Below are positions 13,378-25,004 of a stretch of DNA of 64,000 bases, piece after piece (the stretch's first letter is position 1; each line of letters opens with the position of its first letter). The stretch spans positions 150,536,001 to 150,600,000 of the forward strand of contig NC_042997.1 in the NCBI RefSeq assembly GCF_006345805.1. Reading direction: 5' to 3'. Both the position numbers and the translations under genes were made by a program. The notes below the pieces were generated by a model. That model did not search any database. It had not been told where the DNA came from and worked only from the letters and a program-made list of their open reading frames with translations. Source of the DNA: Octopus sinensis (Eukaryota).

Positions 13378-15002
13378 ATGGATGTATGTACAAACACATA
13401 TTACTGCTAAATAATGCTCACGAGGTCGCAAAATATATTATCTTAAAAGCTACGTCTTCCAAAACTGTCCGAATAAATTCATTCTTTATAATGCGTATAA
13501 AGATTTGTATTTAGTCTATTGGAATCATGGAAGGAATGACATTTGTGTATATAAATAACGTAATAGCGGATAATTTATAAACTGTGTCGTTATTTCAATT
13601 ATTTCGAACATTTACGCAAGTTATCAGCAAAAGAGAATATTAAGAAAATAACGTTGTTTTTACAACTTTGGCACAGATTCATACCTTTTAAAGAGAGGAG
13701 AATCGCCATGAGTGCACACCCCATGATGGACAGAAAGATTAAGTAAGTGCATTGTTATTTTGATAGAATTAAAATAAACTGGAAATCGTTGTAGTTTGGC
13801 ACTTTATTGTTTCTGCCAATTTACGCCATCACTGAAGAAGAACACATAACATTACTTTCAAACAGTGTATGTTAGCACTAGAATATATGGGAAAAGACAA
13901 TAAAATATACAATAACTGGTTTGATTTTGACACATTATAAGCAGCTGTAAAAGCACCAACACAAAGATAGAAACACAGCTTGGTGATTTGACCTGCTTGC
14001 AATAGCAGCCGATTTTCCATCGATATACAGCATACATTTTAAAAGTAAGGAAGGTCATACTGGACAAAATACAAGGTCATCACGAATCAAACGATATAGA
14101 TTTGGTTTGCTCCAGATTCATGTAAGAAATAGTTGAAATTATTTTACAGAAAATATATTACATTATATATATGTACAAACAATTCTTATTAAGTATTTAT
14201 GCTTCTTATATTTTACTTGTCCAACGTTTGATTAAACAAAAATATATTACTTAGTTACGATCTATAAATGTAAGCATAGCTAAGGAGAGAATTCAAAGGG
14301 TCAATCTGTCAAACATAGCATAATATATTAGGCCCAAGACGATTGACAAAAAAGCAATGTAGAGGAATTTAATATGTAATTTTGTATACTCCAAACACAT
14401 AATCTTTAGAAAATTAACTGAAATAGGAAAAGAAGGGATAAAAAAAATATATGAAGCATTATATTATATATTACACTGGGAAATATATACTTTAAGTAAT
14501 ATATTTGCATATGTTCGTGGGCGTTTGTATAAATGTGTGCGTGCATGTATGCGTGCACTTGAGTGTGCGAATGTGAGTGTTTGTATGAGTGCGTTTGTGT
14601 ATGTGTCCGAATGTATGTATATATGTATATCTGTATATCTCACTGCCTCTGTCTCTTTATATATGTATGTACATGCATGTATAAGTGCCCATATTTCTAT
14701 GTGTGCATGTGTGCGTATGTGTGTATGTGTATGTGCGTAAACCACACCTCAATGGTGTTTGTATTTATATTACCTAACTCCTGATGGCATTACAAGTAAA
14801 AGAATATACAATTTCCATGAAATCGAATTTTCTTTAGCATTCCTTATGGTGGTAGGTTATCCAGGACTTCTACATTTTCTTTCCAAGTCTTCTCGAGATT
14901 AACTCCTTTCATCCTTTTATTACTAGCTGGCTGTGACACGCAATTATTTTCTTCTTCTTCTATTCTTCTTCTTCTTTCTTCTTCTTCTTCTTCTTCTTCT
15001 TC

Positions 15003-15050
<48 letters not shown>

Positions 15051-15069
15051 TATTATTATTATTATTATG

Positions 15070-15527
15070 TTTTTTCCTTCTTTCTTCAAATTTTATTCCG
15101 TTTGTCGCCGAATTTTTTTCAATACACCTAGGGCAGAGAAGGGCATGGCATGCATTCCCAGATTACACGCGCAAATTCACAGATAAAATATGTATTTAAA
15201 AATTAATAAATAAATAAATTCATGGATGGATGTTATTTTCACAACGATAGTGCTCTTCTCAGTACATGAGCCGTTCCAGTTAATACGACGTTTTGCACTT
15301 CCTGTAGGGATGGTAAGCCTGGAATCATTTTCAAATAGGTTTCAGTAACTTTTTTTATCATTCCTAGAGATCCTACAATCACTGGTACTGTAGTCGTCTT
15401 GAGATGCCACATTTTTTCAATTTCCATTAGCAGGTCTTTATATTTACTAATCTTGTCAAATTCTTTCGCCGCTATATTGTGATCACAAGGAATACTCATG
15501 TCAATTAATAAACACATCCTTTTTTTT
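15070..15527 (-). mobile_element. Severely 5'-truncated R4/Dong-like LINE (RLE C-terminus plus 3' UTR), subfamily 2
   Basis: ORF 15239-15517, CLLIDMSIPCDHNIAAKEFDKISKYKDL...LTGTAHVLRRALSL, is paralogous to the end of 21247-22062. Flanked by (TTA)n on both sides. Confidence 0.85.
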
Positions 15528-15570
15528 ATTATTTATTATTATTATTATTATCATTATTATTATTATTATT

Positions 15571-16915
15571 GCCTTTGCACAGCTTCTAACACTGGAGATA
15601 TACTGCGATACTGCAGTGTCAGCTGTTCACTACCAGTGAACTAAGGTAACACCTCTTATTTTCCGAGCACCTTTCGGAGTTTTCGGGCGGTTCCAAGCAG
15701 TGCTGTTTTCTTCAAGTGTTCCACCCTTGTTGTAACCCCTATTTATTCCACGTACTCCTCCAAATTTTTGCTTACTGTTCCCAGGGCTCCAACAGTTATT
15801 GGTAATACTGCTGCCTTTTTCATCGACCACACTGCTTAACCTGTCATGTCTCTCAACGTTTCTCTCTTCCTTATCGCATACCTTGTAGTCAGCTGGTCAT
15901 GCTATATCTATGATCCAACAGAGTTTGTTTTCTTTCTCAATTAAGACTATGTCTGGCTTCGTATTCCCTATCTCATGGTCGCACTGAATAATAAAATCCC
16001 ATAGGATCTTTGCATTTTTATTTTCGACGATACCTTCAGGTTTGTGGTCTGTCAAGTCCATACTTGTTGCAAAGTGTACAATGAACAAGCCTTGCTATAT
16101 TGTCTTGGCGTCTCTTATATTCATTCCGGGCTAGTGGCGTAATATGCTATACGGTTTCACCATTTTGTCCACAGATTCTGCACTTATCACTTTCTGTATT
16201 TTATGTAGTTTGTTCTTTGTGCTTGCTCTTGGGCAGCCTAGATAAGAGCCTCCGATTCCGGTTTTAAATCACTTGTAGTCATGCACAGCCATCTTTTTTC
16301 TCTGTCTGTATTATCTTGAACATCCCTATGAAATTGTCGATGCATTCTTTTCTTTGCCCACCTATTTCCAGTTTCATTCGTTTTCATTTGCTTGTAGAGT
16401 GCTTAAACTTGTCAATCTTTCATCCTACAGAGGTTTGACCTTCTAATAATAGCGGTTATATAGCATTTTTACATACAATGTTATATTGTTTTCTTCTGCT
16501 CTAATGCTGTGTTCGCATCCAGGAAGTCATCTTTCCTCTCTTTTTCTTGATACATACAGTCTGTCTGTGCCATTTTTGAGCGGTGTGTCTCATATCTAGT
16601 TAGTAACTTCTTTGTTTTTTTTCTATCTAAGCTGTTTAGCTCGTCTACTGTCCATGCAATTATCCCTGCTCCATATCTAATGAGTGAAACCGCCCAGGCG
16701 TTGATAGCTTCAATCTTATTCCGTCCGTTTAATTTCAAATTAAGGACCAGTCTCAGTCTTCACAAGTACTCTACCTTAAATTTTTCTGGCATTTCTTTCT
16801 CCATTAATTTATTCATTTTCAAAATCCCCTTGTACATGTAGCCCGTCTCTTCTATCTGCTTCATCTATCTCCCCCGACGGTATCGTTACCCCGTCCATAC
16901 ATTTGATTTTGCCTC
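15571..16915 (-). mobile_element. Decayed 5'-truncated R4/Dong-like LINE, subfamily 3
   Basis: Frameshifted pieces KLNGRNKIEAINAWAVSLIRYGAGIIAWT, KILWDFIIQCDHEIGNTKPDIVLIEKENKLCWIIDIA and TALLGTARKLRKVL. (TTA)n at the 3' flank, (CTA)n at the 5' flank. Confidence 0.85.
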
Positions 16916-16941
16916 TACTACTACTGCTGCTGCTGCTGCTG

Positions 16942-17000
<59 letters not shown>

Positions 17001-17001
17001 G

Positions 17002-17350
17002 CCTCCTCCTTAGCGAAGGCGGAGGTATTGTTATCAGTCATGTTTGTTTGTCCGTGGACAAGTTAACTCAAGAACCCCAGAATGGATTCGGATGAAACTT
17101 TCAAGGATGTTTGGCCTCGTGACTGGCTCGAACTGATTAGATTTTGGGATCGATCTGGTACTGAGCAAAGATTCTGGATTATTTTCCCGTTTCTCTACTT
17201 AATTTTTGAGAGCGGTCATTTTTAGTATTCTCGTATGTGAGAGCAGTCGAGATTATTTCATATATTCTGATTTTAATAATCATCTCTTGTTGATCGTTGA
17301 GAGGACGTTGTTGTTACCTTGGTGGAAGTTTGCGCTCTCTGAGTGTTCTT
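17002..17350 (+). mobile_element. Non-autonomous Helentron/HINE(DINE-1)-type element
   Basis: 5' hairpin cctcc(t)cctt-agcg-aaggcggagg followed by tgtttgtttgtccgt; internal ggattcggatgaaacttt; 3' ccttggtggaagtttgcgctctctgagtgttctt. This matches the usual HINE layout with subterminal inverted repeats (from recall of the family). Confidence 0.55.
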
Positions 17351-17943
17351 ATTATTATTACTATACTGTTCGTTCCTTTCAGCTATCTAATTCCTGATTA
17401 TTCTGGCGGTGCCATGGAAGCATTATTATCATGTTATTGCTATTATTGTTACTGTTGTTTGAGGGTGGAATCCAACTATCAGCCAAGTTCATTGTGAAAA
17501 TTGCCCCTCTACCCACCATTTATAAAGCAGAGCAGGTAGTATTCCTATTTCTACTGGATTGGTGAAAGTCATTGAAGGATGGACGAGGCCGATAGTTTTA
17601 AGGTGAGACAATTTCTTTTTTCCGGTAACCACTCATCGAACAAAAACGGTTTGGATGAATGGCCATTTTTCAATCATCCGCATGTAGATTAGAGAACAAG
17701 AGTTATGTGGTGACATGTGACTGCTGTGATCCTGAATGGGTTCGTTCGTTGGTCTCACTTGAAGTTCTCCCTGTATCAAGAGGGCTTCATCATTCTTTTG
17801 TTCAGATATTTTGAATACTATGCATACATATTTTCTCACTTGAGTCTCCTTGCTGTAAACTCTCACAACAGAATTGTAAACTCTCCTTGTAATGTTCCAC
17901 CCTTAAAGTCCCCGTGGAAATAATAGAATCCGTTATTATTATA

Positions 17944-18004
<61 letters not shown>

Positions 18005-18024
18005 TATTATTATTATTATTATTA

Positions 18025-18066
<42 letters not shown>

Positions 18067-19796
18067 GCAGTTAACATCATATTATTAGCAGTCATATTAT
18101 TAGCAGTTAACTCGACATGACAAGTCTGCAAAGTATTTCTCTTGATCGGCTTAAGCCGATTCCCTTCGACTGCATATTTAATGTTGAGAAATTCTTGTTC
18201 GCGCCATAATCCCGTTTGGTTCCTTCTTTGTTGGCATTATTTCAACGTATGAAATCATGATTATTTGAGGCAAATCCAGAACAGTTATTCTGATCGTTTG
18301 CATAACAGTTCCTGGAACAAACAAAAACCACATAGATTAAAGGATATTATACATTATACATGAAACTTGCAAAAAGAGATTTTTTGATAGCCAAGCTAAC
18401 GTACTGATATTTGGCTAAGTCACCTATCTTCGCTGAAAGACTGAATATCAATAGTAGGGAAAGAAATGCTCCTTCCTTCGCTTTTTGCCTCAATGTCTAC
18501 ACTAAAACCATTAGATAAACTACCAATAATACTATTAAAAAATGATGTAGCTGTCACGCAGATAATCCTTCCTAACATCACGAGCACCAAAACCACCACC
18601 ACCACCACCACCACAACTATGATCTCTAAGGCGATCTATCGTCGCAATTACAATCAATACCAGGCTATTCCAACAAGAGCGGAGATTTGAAGAAATCGTG
18701 CTAACACGGATCATTTTACAGATGAAATACTGGGTGTAAAATTTCTTTGGTGTTTGCTATTGTTCTTCAATAATTATCTCCCAGATATAATTATTGTCTG
18801 TAGCCTACCGTTCTAATTACTGGAGTGTAAAGATTAGCACATCCTATTATCTATTTACAATCCACAAGGCAAAACAATAAAACTGCTGAAAATAATACGC
18901 AGCAGCGATACGAATGACAATATAACATAAAAAGAAACAAAACAGAAAACAAACACTGTATTTTCTAATAACACAATGAAGCATTGCTTAAAACTAAACA
19001 CTGCCAAATGAATTTTGAGATGTTACAAATGATCTTCCGTCTCGTTTTTTCTTTCACTGTCGTTCTTTCACGCATTAAATTTTCTTTCTGTTTTTCAGAT
19101 TTTATGTTTCGACCATTTTTTTTTTATAGTCTTACGGCAATACAAGATATTGCAATGCTAGCAATCCAGGAGATTAATGGAAATTTCCAATGTTCATTCT
19201 AATTTTTTTTTATTTTCTTAATTTACTGAAATTTTATCATCAATTACTCTCATCGATCAGTAATTTGTGGGCTTTGGTGTCAAATACAAATTACCAGAGA
19301 GGTCATAGACTTGATAAGGTCAGCGAGTTTAAAGTAGGTTATGTAAGTTTTGTAAAGCGAGTAAAGAAATTTAAGAACAAAATACAGATTTTCTTTTTCT
19401 CGGATTCTAATCTGACCGAAATTAAAATTTCCCACAAGAAGAAGAAATTAAGAGAACGGCGTGAGAAGAGAAATTGGAAGCTGTCAATATTATATGAACA
19501 TTGTTTTCTGCATTGTGTAACAAACTGTGACCCTTGTTTCCCAATGGAAACAATTATGAATAGATTACGTAATGTGCTGTCATATTTTTTGTCTAAAGAT
19601 GCGTTTTGTTTTTCTTCACTTAGAGGAAACTCTGTGAAAAGCTTCCTACTTAAGAAAATGTGTAAATTTTAGAAATTTGCATGAGTGTTAACTAGGCAGA
19701 GATATACATGTGTGGGTGTGCTTCTTTCTGTGTTTGTGCATATGTGTGTATGTGTGTGTATGTGTATGTGTGTGTATGTGTGTGTGTGTGTATACA

Positions 19797-19990
19797 TACG
19801 CACAACTGAAAAGTTTCGGGCTTCAATGATATCGCTGAAGGCCTGGTTGAAAGCCTAACCTCCGGAGTTGTTTTACAGGGCTTAGAAAAACTGAAGGATC
19901 ACTGCAATAAGTGTATGTATCTTAGAGCGGAATAAGTTGAATGAAATTATAACTAATCTATCCCCCTGTATTTTATTTATCCCACGTCAG
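19797..19990 (+). mobile_element. Short internally deleted mariner remnant
   Basis: Frame FYRGLEKLKDHCNKCMYLRAE*VE* resembles the mariner C-terminus (GIxKLxxRWxKCIxxxGxYVE). tacg..ctgaaaagtt TIR-like start. Confidence 0.4.
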
Positions 19991-20440
19991 GTGCAATACA
20001 GTATTCCTCATGCTGGTATTGTTATGTAAGGTAGTAATATATAAAGGAGAAAACAAACTGTATATACAGGTCGATGTAACAACATTAAGTGGCACAGCTG
20101 AATTGGAAAAACATAAAGAAGATTAATATAAGAAATCCTTGTAGTTCTTCTATTGATAGTCGATGTGATTGTGTTGTTTATTCTTATTGTTGTGTCTTAA
20201 ACCTTTGCTAGCTCTAATCGAACATGCCTTTAATGAAAATCGTTCCAACCGTATTTATCCCAACTTCTGTTGTTGAATATTGTATAATGTCTCTATGTTT
20301 GTTTCCAATGATTTAAAATTTCTTAAAGTTATTTGAGGAAGATTTTTCTTTCATTATCACAATCACTCTTCAAGAATTTATGTTTGATATATGTGTGTCT
20401 CCACAAAAATTCCTTTATTTTATCAAATAAATAAAGGTTC

Positions 20441-20475
<35 letters not shown>

Positions 20476-20501
20476 TATTATTATTATTATTATTATCATC
20501 A

Positions 20502-20547
<46 letters not shown>

Positions 20548-20576
20548 CATCATCATCATCATTATTATTATTATTG

Positions 20577-21091
20577 TGTGAGAGAGCAGTGCATGTCATC
20601 AAAGTGACACTGGGGTAAAATATACGAAGCCCAGTATACCCATTTTGAGTACCCGTCTGATAAGTGTAAACTAGGAACATGCATCACAGCCATATGTGCA
20701 CGACATCGTGATCTCATATCAATATAAATAGCACATGACCTTGCAGTTGGGGCCCAGTTAGAATTTACTTCTGGTCAAACAACACATCCCTCTCAAAAGG
20801 CCCCTGAATAAGAGTTGTTTAAGGATGTTGAACGAAACACCCATGTTTCCAGAGGTGAATTATTCAAACCCCAAAGAATCCCTCTCAACACATTGCTATG
20901 ATGCTCCCCCACTACCTCTACTCGTGATCAGAGATGCACATATCGTCAGCCACTAAGGAATATGCGCAACTGGTTAAGGTCAAACAAATGACAAGCAAAT
21001 CTGTGGTACTGAGCAGACAATGTACATAACACTTCCAATCAGTTAAGATCAGAAGCCACGAGAGCCACGACCTGGTACTGCATCCGGACAT
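20577..21091 (-). mobile_element. About 515-bp non-coding insert bracketed by (TTA)n arrays; probable non-autonomous retroposon
   Basis: GC-richer block between two (TTA)n tracts, ending ctctctcacac(aat)n on the minus strand. Only one copy in this window, so repeat status rests on recall of octopus repeats. Confidence 0.45.
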
Positions 21092-21103
21092 TTATTATTA
21101 TTA

Positions 21104-21149
<46 letters not shown>

Positions 21150-21152
<3 letters not shown>

Positions 21153-23436
21153 TAGTTTTATTTTTATAGCGTGCTTTCACTTCACTACCGAGCACAGCTC
21201 TGTGTGCCTTGGGTATGTGCTGTGATTTGTTGTGATGCTCTGATCGTTATTGTATGGAAAGTGTTCTGCGTAGGATGTGTGCAGTGCCTAGTAGTGCAAT
21301 TTTCTGTATGTTATATGTGTTTGTAAGTCCTGGTGTTTTTGTTATGTATTTGTCTGAATATTTTTTTATCATGCCTAATGCACCTACTATGATAGGAATT
21401 GTTTCTGTTTTCAGATTCCACATTCTAGTTACCTCTATTTCCAGGTCTTTGTATTTTGAGAGTTTCTCCATTTCTTTTAGAGACACGTTGTCATCAGCCG
21501 GTATTGATACATCAATTAGAAAGAACTTTTTTTCTTCATGATCTCTGACAACTATATCTGGTCTGTTGGCCTTAATTTCTCTATCTGTGTGTATCGGCAT
21601 ATCCCAGATTATGGTTGCTTTCTCGTTTTCTGTGACCTTTTCTGGTGTGTGCCTATACCATCTTTTTTCTGTTGTTATTCCATAATGTTGGCATAGCTTC
21701 CAATGTATGTAGGTTCCAACTCTGTCATGTCTGTGAATATATTCCTTTTTCGCCAGGACTGGGCAGCTAGAGATAATATGATTTATTGTTGCTTGTCCAT
21801 CTCCACATATTCTGCAGTTACTTGTAATATTTCTTTTCATTACATGTTTTTGGTAATTTCTGGTGGGGAGGCTTTGGTCTTGTGCTGCAATTAAGAATCC
21901 CTCTGTTACTGCTTTGAGTCCTGAGCTTCTCAACCATTGCTGGGATTTTTCTTTGTCTATTTCTTTTGCGTTTAGTTTAGTCCAGTATTTACCATGAAGG
22001 GGCTCTTCTTGCCATCGTTTTATCATGGTTCGTTGCTGTTCTATTTTTAGTTTGGATTTCATTTGTTTTATAGCTTTTGTTGTTTCTTCATCTTCTTATT
22101 ATTATTATTTATTAGGTGGTATGATTTCTTGTTTGTATTTGTCAGCTTCCTTAAATACTGAGAACAGTTTTTTGTTTTGCTCGTGTTTTGCCGCTATCTG
22201 GATCAGTTTTCCTTCCTTCTGAAGTAGATATTTTTGCAGTCCTATGGTGGTTATTTTATAGTAGTTTTCCAGCTGTATAAGGCCTCTACCACCTTCTATA
22301 CGTTGTATATATAGTCTTTCTATGTCAGATTTTGGGTGATGCATCCTAGATCCTGTCATTATTTTTCTTGTTTTCCTATCTATTTTGGTCAGTTCATTTC
22401 GTGTCCAGTTAAGGATATTGTAGCTGTAACTTATAACTGGGACAGCTAAGTGTTGATACCTATTATCTTGTTTTTAGCATTGAGCTCTGTGTTTAGTATT
22501 GATCTAACTCGTCTATAATATTCTTTTTTTATTTTCTCTTTCATTTGTGTGTGTTGTGTCTTATCTAGTTCATGGATTCCTAAGTATTTGTAAGTTTGGC
22601 TTTGGTCTAATTCTTTTATTTCATTGGTTTTATCTAGTGTGATGTTGTTACTCTTAACTAGTTTTCCTCTTTTCGGGGTTACTTTGGCGCATTTTTCTAA
22701 TCCAAATTTCATATCTATTTCTTTGGTAAATCCATGAACTGTCTTTAATAGTGTTTCCAGCTGTTTGTCATTTGCAGCGTATAGTTTTAGGTCATCCATA
22801 TATAAAAGGTGGCTGATCGTCTTGCCGTAACATTTATATCCGCATCCAGTTCTATTTAGCATATCAGATAGAGGTGACAATGACAAGCAGAAAAGGAGTG
22901 GAGAGAGCGGGTCTCCCTGGAATATTCCTCTTCTAATGGGGATGTCTTTGGTTTTCATGAGTCCCTCTTTTGTTTGGAGGTGTAGGACTGTTTGCCATTT
23001 ATTCATAGAGTGCTCTATGAATTTTATGATTGTTGGTGCTACTTTGTTAATGGCTAGGGTTTCGAGGATCCATGTGTGGGGGATGCTATCAAACGCCTTT
23101 TTGTAGTCAATCCAGGCCATACTGAGGCCTTTCTTCTTTCTGTGGCTGTCTTCAGTTATGGCTTTATTAATCATTAGTTGATCTTTACAGCCATATGAGC
23201 CTTTGCGGCATCCTTTCTGCTCTTCTGGGAACAGTTTGTTTTCGTCCAGGTGCTTGTTCAGCCTTTGTGATATCACTGCAGTAAATGCATTGAACATAGT
23301 AGGGAGGCAGGTTATTGGTCTGTAGTTTTCGGCAGGTTATTGGTCTGTAGTTTTCGGCAGGTTATTGGTCTGTAGTTTTCGGCAGGTTATTGGTCTGTAG
23401 TTTTCTGACAGGTTATTGGTCTGTAGTTTTCGACAG
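21150..23436 (-). mobile_element. Young 5'-truncated R4/Dong-clade non-LTR retrotransposon (RT, CCHC knuckle, restriction-like endonuclease)
   Basis: RT motifs GIFQGDPLSPLLF and YMDDLKLY; CRICGDGQATINHIISSC knuckle; RPDIVV...IDVSIP...KEMEK endonuclease. Lesions seen: a 1-nt frameshift near 22447 and four in-frame TAA at 22096-22107. About 95-nt 3' UTR; (TAA)n at both ends. Confidence 0.95.

Positions 23437-23440
<4 letters not shown>
23308..23440. repeat. Five tandem 25-26-nt copies of caggttattggtctgtagttttcgg at the LINE 5' junction
   Basis: Units start at 23308, 23333, 23358, 23383 and 23409; a partial sixth at 23434 merges into (tta)n. Confidence 0.95.
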
Positions 23441-23495
<55 letters not shown>

Positions 23496-24782
23496 TATTA
23501 TTATTATCATCATCATCATCACCATCGTTATTATTATTATTATTTGCTATTTAGTCATTATTGTTGATAAAAAATGATACTTCAATCGGAAAATAAAACT
23601 CGCATATACGATTCTGTAGAATTTTACCACCTTATCTGTTCTGAGATCTAGCTCGTATTTATCGCCGCTCGCCTACATTTTCCATTCAATTAGTAGATAT
23701 TGATCGTCATAAAAATGAATAACCAGAAGGATCGTTATACACGTTTGGCAACATATTCAGCAGAGGCGAAATTAAATATTGTAACATATTGAAAAAGTTA
23801 TTGATTATTAAACCAAAAGTAGAGACAAGGGCATTAAATATCAATTATCTAGTGTCGGGACCAATTTACCTTAGCTCCCACGCTAGTATAGTAATAAAAT
23901 GACATGCGATATGCGTTGGAAATGTATGCACAACATTTAGTCGACAGTCTTCATTATTTCTTAAACGATTAAGAATAAAACACACGCGCGAACACCCCCA
24001 CGCGCCCACCTCCGCGCACACGCCCACACACACGCGCACGCACACATGCACACTTACGTACATGTGTTTCTGTATGTGCGCTTGTAGAATATAAAATCTA
24101 AGAAGGTAAAAACGAAGACTGATACAGAAAGGTGTTTCTGTGAGATGTATTAAGTCAGGGAGAGAGAAGGAGGTGAATACCTGAGAGAAATAGGTTGGAA
24201 GTAATACTGAAAGTAAAAAGAACCGACGTACACTAGAATATTTTGTTTAAATTCCGCTACTAATTGAAACCACATTTTCTGATTTATGATAACGCTATTT
24301 CGAATTTTTTTGCTGAAATTCAAAGCAGAACTCTAAAGCCCTTGAGAAAGAAGACGATGTTTATGGCAATTTAAATAAGGCTGAAAAAGATTGATGTTAT
24401 TAAGTCAATTTACCAACTTCATGCTTGAGGAACATTCTAAAATTCGGAAAGTTAAGAAGTCAGCAAGATATATATAAGAGTAAAAACTATTTTATCATTT
24501 TCCTCTAAACACACATATTTCCGGAACGTAGTAATTTAACCAGACCGTATCGATATAAGTTTTGAGGAGGCATTAATTTATATCGTATGGACTATTATCA
24601 AAACTCATGTGTAGATTTGATTATTAAGACGCTGAAATGTTAAAATACATAGCGAAATCACTTCATGTATTTAAATGCGTGCCCGTGTCTGTAGTTCTAT
24701 ATATATACGTATGTTTACATACAGACAATGATGCATGCATGTATAACATAAATATACAGAGTAATCGGAAGTCAAGCTCACA

Positions 24783-24858
<76 letters not shown>

Positions 24859-24945
24859 TTATACCTAGACACACATACACACATATAAATATATATGTAT
24901 ATATTATATATACGTATATATATGTATCTATGTATTACACGCCCA

Positions 24946-25004
<59 letters not shown>

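Noticed and set aside
13677-13742. Plus-strand 66-bp exon-like segment (FIPFKERRIAMSAHPMMDRKI) with GTAAGT
   Set aside because: The acceptor resembles a recurring SINE-end remnant (tttggcacag), and no phase-compatible neighbour was found.
18145-18160. Perfect 16-bp palindrome ATCGGCTTAAGCCGAT
   Set aside because: About one such palindrome is expected by chance in 64 kb.
18240-18571. Two minus-strand exon candidates (18571-18424 and 18311 to stop) with a 112-bp intron
   Set aside because: Weak acceptor within a (GTG)n tract, no homology, and no supported link to the other candidates.
20900-20930. 9-nt and 12-nt matches to U1 snRNA (TGATCACGA, GGTAGTGGGGGA) on the minus strand
   Set aside because: Adjacent rather than collinearly spaced; no 5' ACTTACC or Sm site. 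Not a U1 gene.
23308-23440. Short regular repeats as a possible CRISPR array
   Set aside because: No spacers; the units are LINE coding sequence in a eukaryotic context.
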